64,000 nt of DNA from Selaginella moellendorffii (lineage: Eukaryota > Plantae > Lycopodiophyta): positions 1,088,797 through 1,152,796 of the forward strand of contig NW_003314269.1 of assembly GCF_000143415.4 (NCBI RefSeq), read 5' to 3'. A program made the translations under genes and the position numbers. This document shows, piece after piece, positions 46,787 through 60,499 of the stretch. Below the pieces are notes generated by a model. That model made no database searches and was not told the DNA's origin. It worked only from the letters and a program-made list of their open reading frames with translations. Positions within the stretch are counted from its first letter, which is position 1, and every line of letters begins with the position of its first letter.

Positions 46787-49700
46787 TGTCACGAATGTGA
46801 CTTCAGGTATCGAAAGTTACCTGTCGGCTAGTCCTTACGGACACTCTTACCTTACTGCCACGATGGCAGAAGGTCGGTATAGTTGGTTCCCTTTATTGTT
46901 CCCACTTGAGCTAGTTGAGAAACTGGTCAATGACCGTGTACTTAAATCAGATAAACATAAGGTAGGAACCCTATGTGTTTCTTGCTGAGCATACTCGGCC
47001 TGGTTTGAGAAACTCCTGTCATTGAGTTGCACTTGCTAGTGTTGGGAACCCCCGCGATACTGAGCTTGGTCCCTCAATATCGCTAGATGATAGCTTACCG
47101 TGTCTGCCAAACACCCTCGCTATCATGCCCTTTGTGTTAGTCTCATTTCGGTCCCAAATGCTATTTATGGAAAGTGTCCAGATTTGCTCATTTGGCATAT
47201 CTACGGAATGTAGAGATTGTCCTGAACACAATGGTGTTCGTCTCGTGTCCAAATTCGCAATCTAGGGACATTCCATATTTAGTAAGTTTCGAGCTTGTTC
47301 CAGAGACTAACTCCTGATACTAAGGGCGGCTTGGGGTGAAAGCCCAAAGCGTGTGTTCCTCAAGGGGGGGGGGGGCTGTGGGGGGTTTCAAATGTATAGT
47401 AGGGATAGTGGGTAGGTCGGGCATGGCCGACCAACCTGAGGTATAGTCTAGCTCCCGCTTGCGTGCTTGTCCTTGTTCTGCGTCCGGCTTAGGTCTAAGC
47501 CCAAGCTCCATTCCATGCTAGTTGGTGGAGTACCCATGTCTTCGCGTTAGGCCACCAGTATGCCGAAATAGCGCCAGACTCCGTTTGGCTCCGTTTTGCG
47601 TGCAAGACCTAGCATTGGGATGCTGGTTACTCTAGGACTGTTCCAAGTCGCTCCGGGCTCCCGTTCCTTTGCTCCTTGGGCTGTATGCTCGGGAGTTGCT
47701 CCGTGGTTCGGTTCCATCACTCCTTGGTTCCATGCTTGGGAGTTTGGCACCGTTCCTTCGTTCAGTGGCCCAAGGCCCTGGACCTCGGGTTCCTATGGAC
47801 ACGTGGCATGGACACGTGGCATATGACACATGGCACAAAGAGGGTTTAGGTTCCGCTTCGTGGTGTTATCCTATGGTAAATCACCATAGGACAAAGGGTC
47901 AAAAACCACGTGCGCTACATTTGGTATCAGAGAATACGTCTCAGCGAGTACTATATAATGAGATTGGGCAACTAGTCTCGTTGCATACGCAGAGATGAAA
48001 CGATGATCTGAGTGGGTACACGTTTGGGTGCAAAGGCTTCGCAATCGTTTCTTGGGTATGGATATTGTTACCTTGTTGTACCTTATGATGTGAGCTTGCG
48101 CTTGGGCTTATAGGATGGATTGGAGATGTTCCATTCACACGAGTTTGAGCTTGGGCTCGTGAGTGAGGCACATTAGCAACTTGACGTTACACTTTGAGTT
48201 GGCAGGATTAATGTTAGCCTATCAGTGGTTCCATGAGTTGTTCCAATTGGTTCCATGAGTTGTTCCATGTACCATGGGAAAAAGTAAACCTTCCCTGGGT
48301 TTGCTATGAGTGGCAAATAGGCTGGTCCGTAGCTGTTTAGCACAGCACTAGTGGATCCTTCCTAGGCATGACTACAAGTGGATCAATTAAGACTATAGGG
48401 ATTAGTCTATTGGTTCAAGTAGTCATGGCCGTGCTCTCTTATAAACTTTTCTTCGATTGAACTGAAGGCAGTGCGAAAGCAAGCTTGAGGTTTGGTCAAA
48501 GATGAGACCGAAAAGAGAGTCATTGGGGACGGAGGATCAATACGTAAATCATTTTATCTCCTTGGAGAAATGATTTGCAACAAGGTGTGACTCATTGCTC
48601 GTGTTCACATTATGTAATCAAGAGTCCCTACCTTGATGCATCTTGGAGATGATGGTCTTACAAATGGTAAGTTGTGGGATGGATAGCGGTGAAGTGCTAA
48701 ACCATTTTGTCTAGGCTTGCTATTGGAAGACTTGAGTTACAATGCTCAATTCTTTTCTGGGGAACCTTGCTATTGCTCCTTGAGTAGTTTGGTGTTTGAT
48801 TAGTTTTGAGTTTGGTCGAAAAGAGGGTGGTATGAGCTTGTCCGTGTTATGAACCAAAGTTAGTGATGTTGAGTGTTATAAATCTCTATCGATGGAGTGT
48901 GGCATTTATGTTGCATTTTGTCGAATCGAGTTGACATTTGATACTCACGTAGACCTTTGAAGTAATGACATTGACATTGCTCATATTGTTGCTTGATTGA
49001 TGATCAAGTCATTGTGATACTTATATCATATCCATGTGATAATGAGCGATGTGTTTACAAAGTTGCTTGGTTAAACGATGATCAACTTCAAAGTGGTTGA
49101 TAGTGAAGCTAGTCTACTTGCACGTAGTAGCATTGTAGTAGCTTTGACTAGATTCTCGATGGAAGTCCATTATGCTAAGCTTAAGTTGGTTCCTTGTTCC
49201 TTGAGGATTTGCCCGTTAGGTGTTGGAAAAGGGTTATAGCATTCATTTGCTATAACTTGTTGAATGATCTGTTAGCACTTGGAGTAGATTGTTGGATGGA
49301 GAAGGTGTGTAGTTGAGGCATTGACATCGCTAGCACTTGTGTTAGTGGAAGTGGCATTGTTGTTCAAGTAATGAGGAATTTTCCTTAGACCTTGATTTTC
49401 TATGTCATTTTTCTTGTTAGTGTTTGGGCTTCACATTGGATCTTGAGAATGATTGAAAAAGAGTGTTAGTGCAAAATGGATATCTGAAGATATGGTCTTT
49501 GTGATCATGCTTTGGATGTTCCGTTTGCATTTTACGGGTGTCGGTGTTGGATGTTGAAAGAATGGGCAAAAAGATGTTCGAGGCTTAAGCATACTATGGG
49601 TTATGAGAATTGGTGTCAAGGTGAACCTATGTGAAGTTGTTGGTAGGAGGAAGTTGGTTGAGTCTTGAGAGTTTGCATTCCTGGACTGAGAGTCATTCTT

Positions 49701-52700
49701 TCTCTGGGATGGAAAATTTTCCACAAATTTTCTTAGGCTTTTCCAATGGCTGATCTGTTGATCACTTTATCCGAAAACCATTCCGTTTTCGTAAGCCAGT
49801 ACAAACTAGTGAAGGGGTTGGAGTTGACTTCGGTTAGCTTAAACCTTAGTAGGTAGTTGTATGATGCGACCCGAAAGGGATGCTAACTTTTGAAGCTAAA
49901 GCAATTGAGTTGGATAGAGTTTAGAGTTGGTGTAGAAAAGTGGCCATTGCACTTTTCTAAGAAAGGTGACCCTTGTGCCTTTCTTCTGTAGCGTTGTGCT
50001 TGGTGGCAGGTTGCACCCTACATTTCGTTAGACTCTATGAGAGTAGTGAGCTCTCACTAATCTTGACTTGGTCTTGGTAGCCTTGTGCCTTGGCTGAGGA
50101 TGGTGATGTCCAACTTAGTTGTTTGCGGTTGAGATGTTGGTACCCATACTATAGCTTTGTCTAAGTGGAGGTTGTGTGCCAACATGAGTCCATCTCATGG
50201 TCTGCTCTTAAGTTTCGACTTAGTGTTGACCATGCATAGCTGGCCTCTTCAAAGGCATGCTCAGAGCCATTGGCTAAACGCATTGGTGAACCTATCGCGG
50301 TTGAGTTGGATTTGAGTGGTCATTTAGTTTATGTTTGTCCATGAACCTTTATCTCATACCTAGGGTATTACATTCATGTTGGACAAGTGTGTAACTCGAT
50401 GGCATGAGTTTAGTGTTGGGTCTTATGAAAGGCAAGTTGAAGAGTGATTGTTAGTTGCTTGGCAACTAATGATTGCTTGTAGACTTTATCAAAGACTGTT
50501 GACACTTGCTTCACTCGATGAAGATTTATCAGTGATGGGTTTATTTTAACGGACGATGTTGCGGAGGATCGTGTCGTTAGTCTTACATGGGTTTTCCATG
50601 TTGGCAAATCGACTCTACTTCTGTTGATATCATTTGGTTGCGTTTAGTTCGTGGTGTTGGATTTCATTGAGTCTTGGATGTGGTGATTCACTCCTTGATG
50701 AAGTGTTAATTGTAACTGAGTATTGTTGAAGGATTGGTCTTGGATACTAACTAAAGTATCTTCGACCTTGGTTAGCTTGGTTGCTAGAGAGCTTTGAGTG
50801 GTGATACACTCGTGCTTTCTTTTAGCTTTGTTCTAGTGTTGATGGCATTGAAGTGATGCCTTGTCGTTGACATTGTTGATGTTGAGATTTTAATGAAATG
50901 AGATGTCTCTCCGCAAGATTGATGTCGAGTTTCATTAGTTTTGATGAAGATAGTGTCGATGATTTGGCTATAGCTTTGTGTTATTAGCATTCGTGCATTT
51001 ATTAGTTAGCAACTGTGTTGACGTTCAAATGAACTGAGTGGCAAGTTTGAGTTAGTTGTGTTCTAGACGAAATTATTTAGTAGGGGTTGAGCTTTGAGTT
51101 TTTCCTTGAAAAGTGATTTAGTCATGGACTATACTAGCTTTACAAGATGAAGAGTTAATGATTGATATTGAAGATGTTGGTCCCTTGTTGGGTTTGCATT
51201 GGGATATAACAATCATTGATGATTCTTTTTGTGCTTGTTATGACGTGAGTTACGTCTTGCTATAGATGGATTCATGGAGGATCGTTTGATGATCACTTGT
51301 CGGGCATAGCTTCATTATGCTTAGCTTTTGGATTGATGCAGACATGCTCTTCATTAGCTTTGCATTATGGAGTTTAGCTTATGGATGTATTGAGGAGGAT
51401 ATTGTGGGTTATACCATGATTTTCTTCTTAGCATTGACGTTAGTTCATGTTAAATCCGTGATCATTGTTAGGCAAGACTTAACTATAGGCTTCTTCGAGC
51501 TTTTGGTTCTTTGAGTTTTATGCTCATTTTTCCATTTGTTAGAAGTTTTTGGAGAAGGCATTTTAGCTTGTTAGCTTCGATGTTGAAGTTGGCTTTTGCA
51601 TCTAGCAATCATTGGTAATGATTGACTGTCATCTAGGATAGCTAATTATCCTTGTCAAAGGTGTTGCTTGGTTATTGTTGATATAGAATGATTTGCCATT
51701 CTATGGGATGGTGGATTCCTTCTTTGACAATGATTATGCATCTTTTTATTGATGGGATAATTGATGATCTTTCATGATGGTTAGTTGTTCTTTTTTATGG
51801 CTTATGGCTTTTCGCAATACCACATGTTCTTTGTGGTTTGCTCTGGATTGGTCTCTTGGGTTTGAGACATCAATAGGATGTTGCTGACACTTGCTTAGGC
51901 AACTTCAGTTCCTTAGTATTGTTGACCGGGATCTATTTAGATTGTCTTTTGCGATAATTGGCATGAACGAGTGTTTGTTGGTTTTACCATATTCATTCTG
52001 TTTTGTTGATCATTGCTTGAGTTAGTTTTGATAGATTGGGATGTTATTACCTTTGGGTGATACATTCGCGAGCATTGTGCTTGTTAGTCAATGATACTTT
52101 GTGTTCTTTGAGTTATCTCTAGTAAGTTGTTCGCTTACTGTCTACTATCTTCGGTAGTTAAGTTTCATCATCGAGTTTCCTTGATGATATACTTGCTATT
52201 GAATTTTGTTGGATGGTGCATTCTATGGTTTCCAATGATAGTGATCTTGGTGGTTACTACTAGTTTATCGGATGATAACTTGCTTGGAATACTTTTGTGT
52301 TCTACTCTAAGATATAATCACTGATAATTAAGCTTCTAAGATATCATTGTCTATGACTTTGATATTGTTCATCTATTGATCTTTGAGTTTGGGCCAGTAA
52401 TAGGCAGACTGGCTTTGGCACTTCGTGTGCATGTTGAAATCTCTAGTCATGGGGTAGCTACTGTCGACTGGTCACATAACCCGCCTCTTTGTCGATGTTC
52501 CTTGTTCCGTTGAAAGGGCGTGACCGCGAATGTGACTTCAGGTATCGAAAGTTACCTGTCGGCTAGTCCTTACGGACACTCTTACTTTACTGCCACGATG
52601 GCAGAAGGTCGGTATAGTTGGTTCCCTTTATTGTTCCCACTTGAGCTAGTTGAGAAACTGGTCAATGACCGTGTACTTAAATCAGATAAACATAAGGTAG

Positions 52701-53656
52701 GAACCCTATGTGTTTCTTGCTGAGCATACTCGGCCTGGTTTGAGAAACTCCTGTCATTGAGTTGCACTTGCTAGTGTTGGGAACCCCCGCGATACTGAGC
52801 TTGGTCCCTCAATATCGCTAGATGATAGCTTACCGTGTCTGCCAAACACCCTCGCTATCATGCCCTTTGTGTTAGTCTCATTTCGGTCCCAAATGCTATT
52901 TATGGAAAGTGTCCAGATTTGCTCATTTGGCATATCTACGGAATGTAGAGATTGTCCTGAACACAATGGTATTCGTCTCGTGTCCAAATTCGCAATCTAG
53001 GGACATTCCATATTTAGTAAGTTTCGAGCTTGTTCCAGAGACTAACTCCTGATACTAAGGGCGGCTTGGGGTGAAAGCCCAAAGCGTGTGTTCCTTAAGG
53101 GGGGGGGGGGGGCTGTGGGGGGTTCCAAATGTATAGTAGAGATAGTGGGTAGGTTGGGCATGGCCGACCAACCTGAGGCATAGTCTAGCTCCCGCTTGCG
53201 TGCTTGTCCTTGTTCTGCGTCCGGCTTAGGTCTAAGCCCAAGCTCCATTCCATGCTAATTGGTGGAGTACCCATGTCTTCGCGTTAGGCCACCAGTATGC
53301 CGAAATAGCGCCAGACTCCGTTTGGCTCCGTTTTGCGTGCAAGACCTAGCATTGGGATGCTAGTTACTCTAGGACTGTTCCAAGTCGCTCCGGGCTCCCG
53401 TTCCTTCGCTCCTTGGGCTGTATGCTCGGGAGTTGCTCCGTGGTTCGGTTCCATCACTCCTTGGCTCCATGCTTGGGAGTTTGGCACCGTTCCTTCGTTC
53501 AGTGGCCCAAGGCCCTGGACCTCGGGTTCCTATGGACATGTGGCATGGACACGTGGCATCTGTCACGTGGCACAAAGAGGGTTTAGGTTCCGCTTCGTGG
53601 TGTTATCCTATGGTAAATCACCATAGGACAAAGGGTCAAAAACCACGTGCGCTACA
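46787..53656 (+). mobile_element. Non-autonomous LARD-like LTR element nested in the gypsy integrase
   Basis: TSD TAAAT (46782-46786, 53657-53661). ~1.13-kb LTRs (46787-47919, ~52521-53656) differ at roughly 15-20 positions. Met PBS tggtatcagag at 47922. The 4.6-kb internal region has no substantial ORF. Confidence 0.93.
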
Positions 53657-55109
53657 TAAATGATCATCAAGATCTGTCCCCACAAAATAAAGAAGACCAT
53701 CTTTAATGTGATATTGAGAATGTAAATGCCGAAAAGGCAAGTCATCAGCAAGTGATGCAGGATTCTCAAACCCATCTCGAAGCCTTCGAATCCACGGCTC
53801 AATCTTTTGAGCCTCGCGAACATCATCAAGAGAAGGTAGATCCTGCTCTGCGCCTTGTGGACACTGAACGTCAAGGATAGCAACCGCCGACGGCATAGAA
53901 TCCTCATCTAGAAAATCCACAGATGCTAGAACAACAGGCTCGTCAGAAACATGAGAAGTGAGTGAAGAAAGAAGAGGAGCTCGAGAAAGGGCATCAGCAT
54001 CAGCCATAGAACTCCCTGGGCGATGAACAACATCAAAATCATATATTTAAAGCTTCAAAACCCACCGAGCAGTACGACTAACCAGGTTCTTCCGCTTCAA
54101 TAATGAAGTAACAGCAGCATGGTCACCTTCAAGTAACGTCCGAGAACCATGTAGATATGCATGAAGTTTCTTGAAACCCCAAACTGTTGCTAAACACTCC
54201 TTCTCTGTTGTGGAGTAGTTCATCTCCGCTGGTTGTAATGTACGGCTTATATACGCAATAGGATGGCACTGACCAGGCACACTCGAGCTCTCTTGCATCA
54301 ACACACCTCCAAGACCAATGTCAGAAGCATCCACGCGTAAAATAAAAAGTTGAGTGTAGTCAGGATATGCCAAAACCGGAGGAGTCGTCAATAGCTCTTT
54401 GAGATCCCCGAATGCCCGCTCACAATCCGGAGACCAGATGAAAGATGATGTTGATGACTTCAGCAACGCTCGCAATGGTGCAGTGCGATCAGAAAGATGA
54501 TCCACAAAACGACCGAGATACTGCACCTTGCCCAAGAAGCACTACACATTATTCACATTTCGGAGTAGGGAACTTTAGAACAGCCACAAGTTTGTCAGGA
54601 TCAACTTGCAAACCCTCACGAGAAATACGGTACCCAAGATAAGTTGTATCCTTGGACCCAAACACGCACTTCAACTGCTTCAGCTTTAAACCAACATTGC
54701 GTAGCCGATCCAACACTTTACAAACATCACGAACGTGCTCCTCTCACGTCCCCTCCGAGTGAATCAAGACATCGTCAATGAAGTCGGCAGTCACCTCTGG
54801 CATATCTCAAAGAACCTCGTCCATCATCTGCTGGAAAGTTGCTGGAGCGTTGTTCAAACCAAACGGCATCACCAACAACTCGTACAAACCAAACGGTGTA
54901 CAAAAAGCAGTCTTAGGAATATCTTCTGCGGCCATTGGTACTTGCCAGTACCCAGAAGCAAGATCTAGCTTGGTGAACCAACGACTTCGCCCTAGACAAT
55001 CCAAGAGATCAACAGTGTACACATCCGGGATCGTCACTTCATTTAACAGACGATAGTTGATGCAGAAACGAATACTCCTATCAGGCTTCGTCACAAGATG
55101 AGGTTCACA

Positions 55110-56619
55110 TGGCAAAATGGAAGAACAGCTCTTGGGTCCAGGTCTAGACCTTCAACCATCTGCTTGCATGCTAGCTGCTTGATTCTATTAGCACTAGAAT
55201 GCCCCAGGCGTGCGTGCCAAAGCTCTAGTGAGTGACTGGTCGTTGTCTTTTGTGCATGCAGGCCCAGACTCCGTCCAGCAAGATCTGGCAGCATGGTAAG
55301 GCTGTAGAGGTCACGCCGTCCAGGCCGGGACACTATGAGGATGGCTCCTGTGGTCGAGATCAGCTGGAATTGGCAAGGTGTAATGGCGAACTGATACCCA
55401 TCCTCAGCAAATTGTCCCACAGAGAACAAATTAGCACATAAACCAAGAATATAAAGAACCTCATGGATCTTTACAACTATTCCTTGTGGTAAAGTGAACT
55501 TGATGGTTCCAATTCCTTTCACAGCAAGTTGTTGGGCATTGCCAAAGATTACATACTCCTCTGTGGCTGTAGGAACATAGGCTTCAAAGTACTTATCACT
55601 GTTGAACATATGGTGTGTAGCAACAGAATCCAGGTAGATGCACTCTGCAGATAGTGCTGCCACAGCCATAGCTTGTGACAAGATGAAGGCGTGTACCACC
55701 TTTTTCTTTGCATTGTTCCTTACAGGCTTGAGAGATGGATTTTTAACCCAGCATTGAGCTTCATCATGGCCTTTCTTGTTGCAATGAGAACACTTGGGCT
55801 TCTTGGATGAAGAGGCCCCTAGTTTCCCTTTGTTCACTGTTTCTTTCTTGAGAGAAGAGTAGAATGCAACAGCCTCTAATCCTGTTGTTGCTCTTCGTCT
55901 CAGATCATCGTCCTGGAGGCTACTGATCACGCTATTCAGGGTTAGAGGAGTTCCAGTGGTAGTGGTTCCCTCCAGCATTGCATGGAATTTAGCCAAAGCT
56001 CTCCGGTCCTTCTTGTGATACTTCGCAGTTTCATCCAATGTAGCTGTATCTGGAAGTGTCTCAGTTCCTGTGGTGATGTCCCAGAGGCCTCGTTCATCCA
56101 TATAGGATTCGAATTTTGTCTTCCAGAAGCGCCAATTCCTCCCATCAAATTTTGGTGGATTTGCGTCCACTGAAACGATATCCGCTGTAGGCACAGTCGG
56201 ATTTGTGATGGGAGGGGAAATAGGTGGTGGATTTGGAGGCGGATTTGTAGTAACAGTGGCTGCCATGGGTGCTGATACCCAATCCCACCACTTGTTGAAG
56301 TCTAGGTCCAGGTTCTTAGTCATCCAGTGCCTCTTGCAAGGCCTAGAGCGCTTGGATTAGGGCACACCTCTGTCTACGTAGACGGAGGCTCCGATTCACC
56401 CTAGCAAGTGTCGCCCTGATCCTACAGTTTCGAATTCTTCTCGCTCTCCCAAGCATTGCTCCAATACCATCTAACGAAAGGTGAAACCGTGTGATCATGC
56501 TCAAGATCCGTTATAGTATATATGGAATGGAAAATATCCATATATGTGACATGGTGAACCAGTGAAGACTCGTGTCTCTCCACGTGGACTAGCCATGTGG
56601 CACAGGGCCACTCTCAACA
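55110..56619 (-). mobile_element. 5' fragment of a Ty1/copia element inserted in the gypsy RT
   Basis: ~148-bp LTR (56472-56619) and PBS tggtattggagc. ORF 55091-56323 has PPKFDGRNWRFWK, zinc knuckle CSHCNKKGH, protease YLDSVATHHM and pre-integrase LWHARLGH. It then joins host sequence CEPHLVTK. Confidence 0.9.
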
Positions 56620-58818
56620 CAAGGACTCTGCGACTTCCGAATAACACCCTTCTCCAACATCTCCTTGACGTTTGAACGTAATATCTTGATCTCCTTGGGT
56701 GACCAACGATGAATAGGAACCTTGATTGGATGAGACTCCCCGGTTGGAATCAGATGACGTGTGGCAATCTTGGCCCTAGACGATAGGTCAAATTCAAAAA
56801 GATCAGAATACTCCTTCATGAGCCGGTCAACAGCTGCAACACAAAGATCATCGAAGGGATCGGAAAAGGGAAGAGCAGAACAAAATGGAAACATAGGAGG
56901 AAATAGTGGGGGAACAAAAGTAATGGAAGCAGAGGTAGAAGTAAAGGGACGAAAAGGTACGGAAGTGAGAGGAATGGATGAAACATAAGGAAGTATGAGA
57001 CAAGGGGGAAAAGCCTCAAAGTCATACTTGGCATGATTGTGCTGCAACAAATCCATACCAAGAATGAGGTCAAAAGCTTGACTCGGCACCACCTGCAACG
57101 ACTGCAACTCAAGCTCGAGATCGCCCATATGCACAACTAGGTCCGCCTCATCTCGTGCACATGCATGTGTATGGCTGTTGCCATAAAGAATGAAAACTGG
57201 ATCCGCCGCACGACGCAAGTGTAGACGACAACGTGTGGCAACAGGTCGAGCAATAGAAGATAAACTCGAACCTGTATCAACCAACACGGAGAGAATAATA
57301 GAAGACCTCTTGTTATAAAAACGAGTTTGGAAAGTAAACACTAGATGAACTGGTGCCGAGTGAACCCCTTGATGATACTCTCGAAAGAAAGATGTAAGGG
57401 TCACTAACTTATTCGCGCAAGGTCCCTCCATTACTCGCGTGACTCCTCGTTTCCTAGATGCACCTCGGTGTCCAAACCTTCCACCGCAGCAGCACCAACG
57501 AGATGTTGCTGACGCCAAGGTCTCCACCCAGGAAATAGAGGTCGCCAATCCAGAAAGCGCCAACAACGCCGATAAGTATGACCAACTTCATCACATGCCC
57601 AACAACGAACATCACGGCCACGACCACGTCCTCGCCCTTGTCCTTGGACTCGAGTAGCAGCAGCATCAACCTCCATTGGAACAGGACCATCACTCATAGG
57701 AAGTGGAGCGGAAGGACGTGCAGCGAGAAGTGGAAGAGGTGACGTTTCATAACGTTGTGCCAAGCGAAGAGCATTATCAAGGGTGGCAGGAGCAAGTGCA
57801 TGCACAAGGCCGACAAGATCTTGACGAAGTGCTGGCCACAAAATTCCTAGCTTGATCCGCTCCGACATATTGGGCTCCGCACGAAGCAAAAGACTTCGGA
57901 AACGAACGCCAAATTGCATCACTGACTCAGATGGCCCTTGGCGAAAACGATGCAATTGTTGGAAGGCATCATCACAATCGTCGGCATGTCCGAAGGCACA
58001 TTTGAAGACGTCCGGAAGAAGACTCCAATCCCCACGAGTGGCTGCACTCAATCCATTGTACCACTGCAACACCATCCCTTGGAGACACGTGGGAAACTCA
58101 CACAAACGTCGAGCATCATCCCAAGAATGATATGTGGCAATCACCGTGAAGTGATCAAACTAATGGTACATATCATCCCCAGGATTCCCACGAAAGAACT
58201 CCGGCCGAACGCGAGGATTGGCACCAAGAGCAGGAGGAGTTGGACCACGTGCCGTGAATGCCACCATCAATTGAGTTTGGTTGTTCAATTGCAAGCGCAT
58301 AGCATCAAGCAATTGGACCAACTGCTGCTCTAGAGTCAAAGGAGGAGATTGTTGATCTGCCATAAAGATGGACGAAGAAAGAGCAAAAGAAGAGAAACGA
58401 CAAAAAAATGAGAAGGAAATGGGAGATCTAGACAATGCAAAAAGCTAGATCTAAACCAAAATCCTAAAAGGGAAGAAAAAGAAAGGAAATGGAAAAAGCT
58501 AAATCTAGACGATGCAAAAGCTAGATCTAAACCAAAATCCCAAATTCAAGCACTCCTCAGGGACAATCAAAGGTGCCCCTCATCTCCACCAATGTGAGTG
58601 CTTGGAATATGGAAAGGGAATACAGAAATGTGTATATTAATTAGCCCAAAAACCTTAGCTTATATACAGGAGTGAATGGTCCAGATTGAAACCAATCCGA
58701 CGACTACCAAAATCCCACTACGCTAATATTAATATACGGCATTGTAGCCGTACACTTAGCCCTCACATAGCTAAATAAAATAAAAAAATTAGAGATATAG
58801 GTTAGAACACTCTCTCTG

Positions 58819-58886
58819 TATATATATGTATATATGTGTATATATATATGTATATGTATATATATATGTATATGTATATGTATATA

Positions 58887-58921
<35 letters not shown>

Positions 58922-58924
58922 ATG

Positions 58925-58965
<41 letters not shown>

Positions 58966-59514
58966 GTATGTATATGTATATGTGTATGTATATATGTATG
59001 TATATGTATATGTGTATGTGTATGTGTATGTGTATGTATATGTATATGTGTATGTGTATGTGTATGTATATGTGTATGTGTATGTGTATGTATATGTGTA
59101 TGTATATGTGTATGTGTATGTGTATGTATATGTGTATGTGTATGTGTATGTGTATGTATATGTGTATGTATATGTGTATGTGTATGTATATGTATGTATA
59201 TATGTATATATGTATGTATATATGTATGTATATATGTATATATGTATATATATATGTATATATGTATATATATATATATGTATATATGTATATATGTATG
59301 TATATATGTATATATGTATGTATATATGTATATATGTATGTATATATATATATATGTATGTATATATATATATGTATGTATATATATATATATGTATGTA
59401 TGTATATATATATATATGTATGTATATATATATATGTATGTATGTATGTATATATATATGTATGTATACATATATATGTATCTATGTATGTATGTATATA
59501 TATATATATGTATA
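58819..59514. repeat. ~700-bp compound (TA)/(TATG)/(TATATG)/(TATGTG) microsatellite
   Basis: Nearly pure alternating purine-pyrimidine tract. Source of the YV/CI/MY/HI repeat ORFs. Confidence 0.98.
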
Positions 59515-59749
59515 TCGTGGAAATCTATACAGATATGGACAACACAAAAGAGCCACATGGAAAATATAAATTCATTGAATTTTGATGCCCATAATGACAT
59601 TATTCAATACCTTTTAACAATTGGCCATATATGACCTAAAGATAGTTTATAAATCTTATATGATTTCATGATATTCAATTAGGGAGCTAAGGATAGTTTA
59701 TAAATCCCACATGATATTCATTTAGAGATATCTTCAACCAATAGTTTGA

Positions 59750-60400
59750 CTTGGGCTTATTATTATAGTAAGAAATTAATACTACTAGTTCCTTTTGTGG
59801 TCTTCACCCAAATTAGTTGAGAAATTGATCATTGCTAGTGTTAAGAACCCCCATAATATTGAGCTTAATCCCTTAATATTGCTACATAATAGCTTAATAT
59901 GTTTACTAGACACCCTTATCAATCCTTATATGTTGGTTTCTATATGCTATTTATAGTAAGTGTCTTTATTTTCCAATGAGGCATATCCACGGAATAAAGA
60001 GTGTCCTGAACACCATAGTGTTGTTCTCATGTCCTAATTTGCAATTTAGCGTTATTTCATATTTAATAAGAGACTAACACTCTTGGTATTAGGGTGTAAG
60101 GCATGCTTTCATATTGGTTGAGGAAGGGAGGGGTTCCAAATGTATACTAGGGTAGTAGTCAAAAGCATGACTAAGCATCTAAATCATTAATTTAACCCTT
60201 ACTAGACTATATTGCTCTTTGTTTTGCAATTTGATTTGGGTTGAGCTCCAACTCAATTTTGGACTATCCCCAGCTTAAGCCCAAATTCTATACTACTTTA
60301 ATTAGTGGGGTAACCATCTTCTTACATTATGCTACTAGTATGCCGAATTATACTAGATACTATCTAATAGTATTTTGCATATAGTAGCTAGATATGGGAA
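59750..60400 (+). mobile_element. Decayed LTR fragment of the LARD family
   Basis: gtgtcctgaacaccatagtgttgttctcatgtcc and ggggttccaaatgtatactaggg match 47215-47410. Confidence 0.65.
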
Positions 60401-60499
60401 GTTACTGCTCATAGGGGTTTATTAAACCTTCATTTTATAGTGCAATGGGTTTAGAGTTTAACTCTAAATTCAAATGCACTACATATTCCCTTAAAGTTT

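Larger units (their letters stand above)
45393..58767 (-). mobile_element. Full-length Ty3/gypsy retrotransposon (175-bp LTRs, tRNA-Ala PBS, 4-bp TSD) with two nested insertions
   Basis: LTRs 45393-45567 and 58593-58767 (about 13 transitions). TSD TAGC, PBS tggtggagatgagggg, PPT gagaggaggggatga. gag (GPVPMEVD, CWACDEVGH), protease LVDTGSS, RT KLDLASGYWQV, RNaseH VDASDIGLGGVL...YSTTEKECLA, integrase ELMAFDLM...WKGPYRV. No chromodomain seen. Confidence 0.95.

Noticed and set aside
46797-47998. Short ORFs repeated at 46.8-48.0 kb and 52.5-53.7 kb
   Set aside because: They are duplicated only because they lie in the two LTRs, and show no protein motifs.
58704-59634. 250-300 aa ORFs rich in H/I/Y/C/M
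   Set aside because: Translation of a microsatellite.
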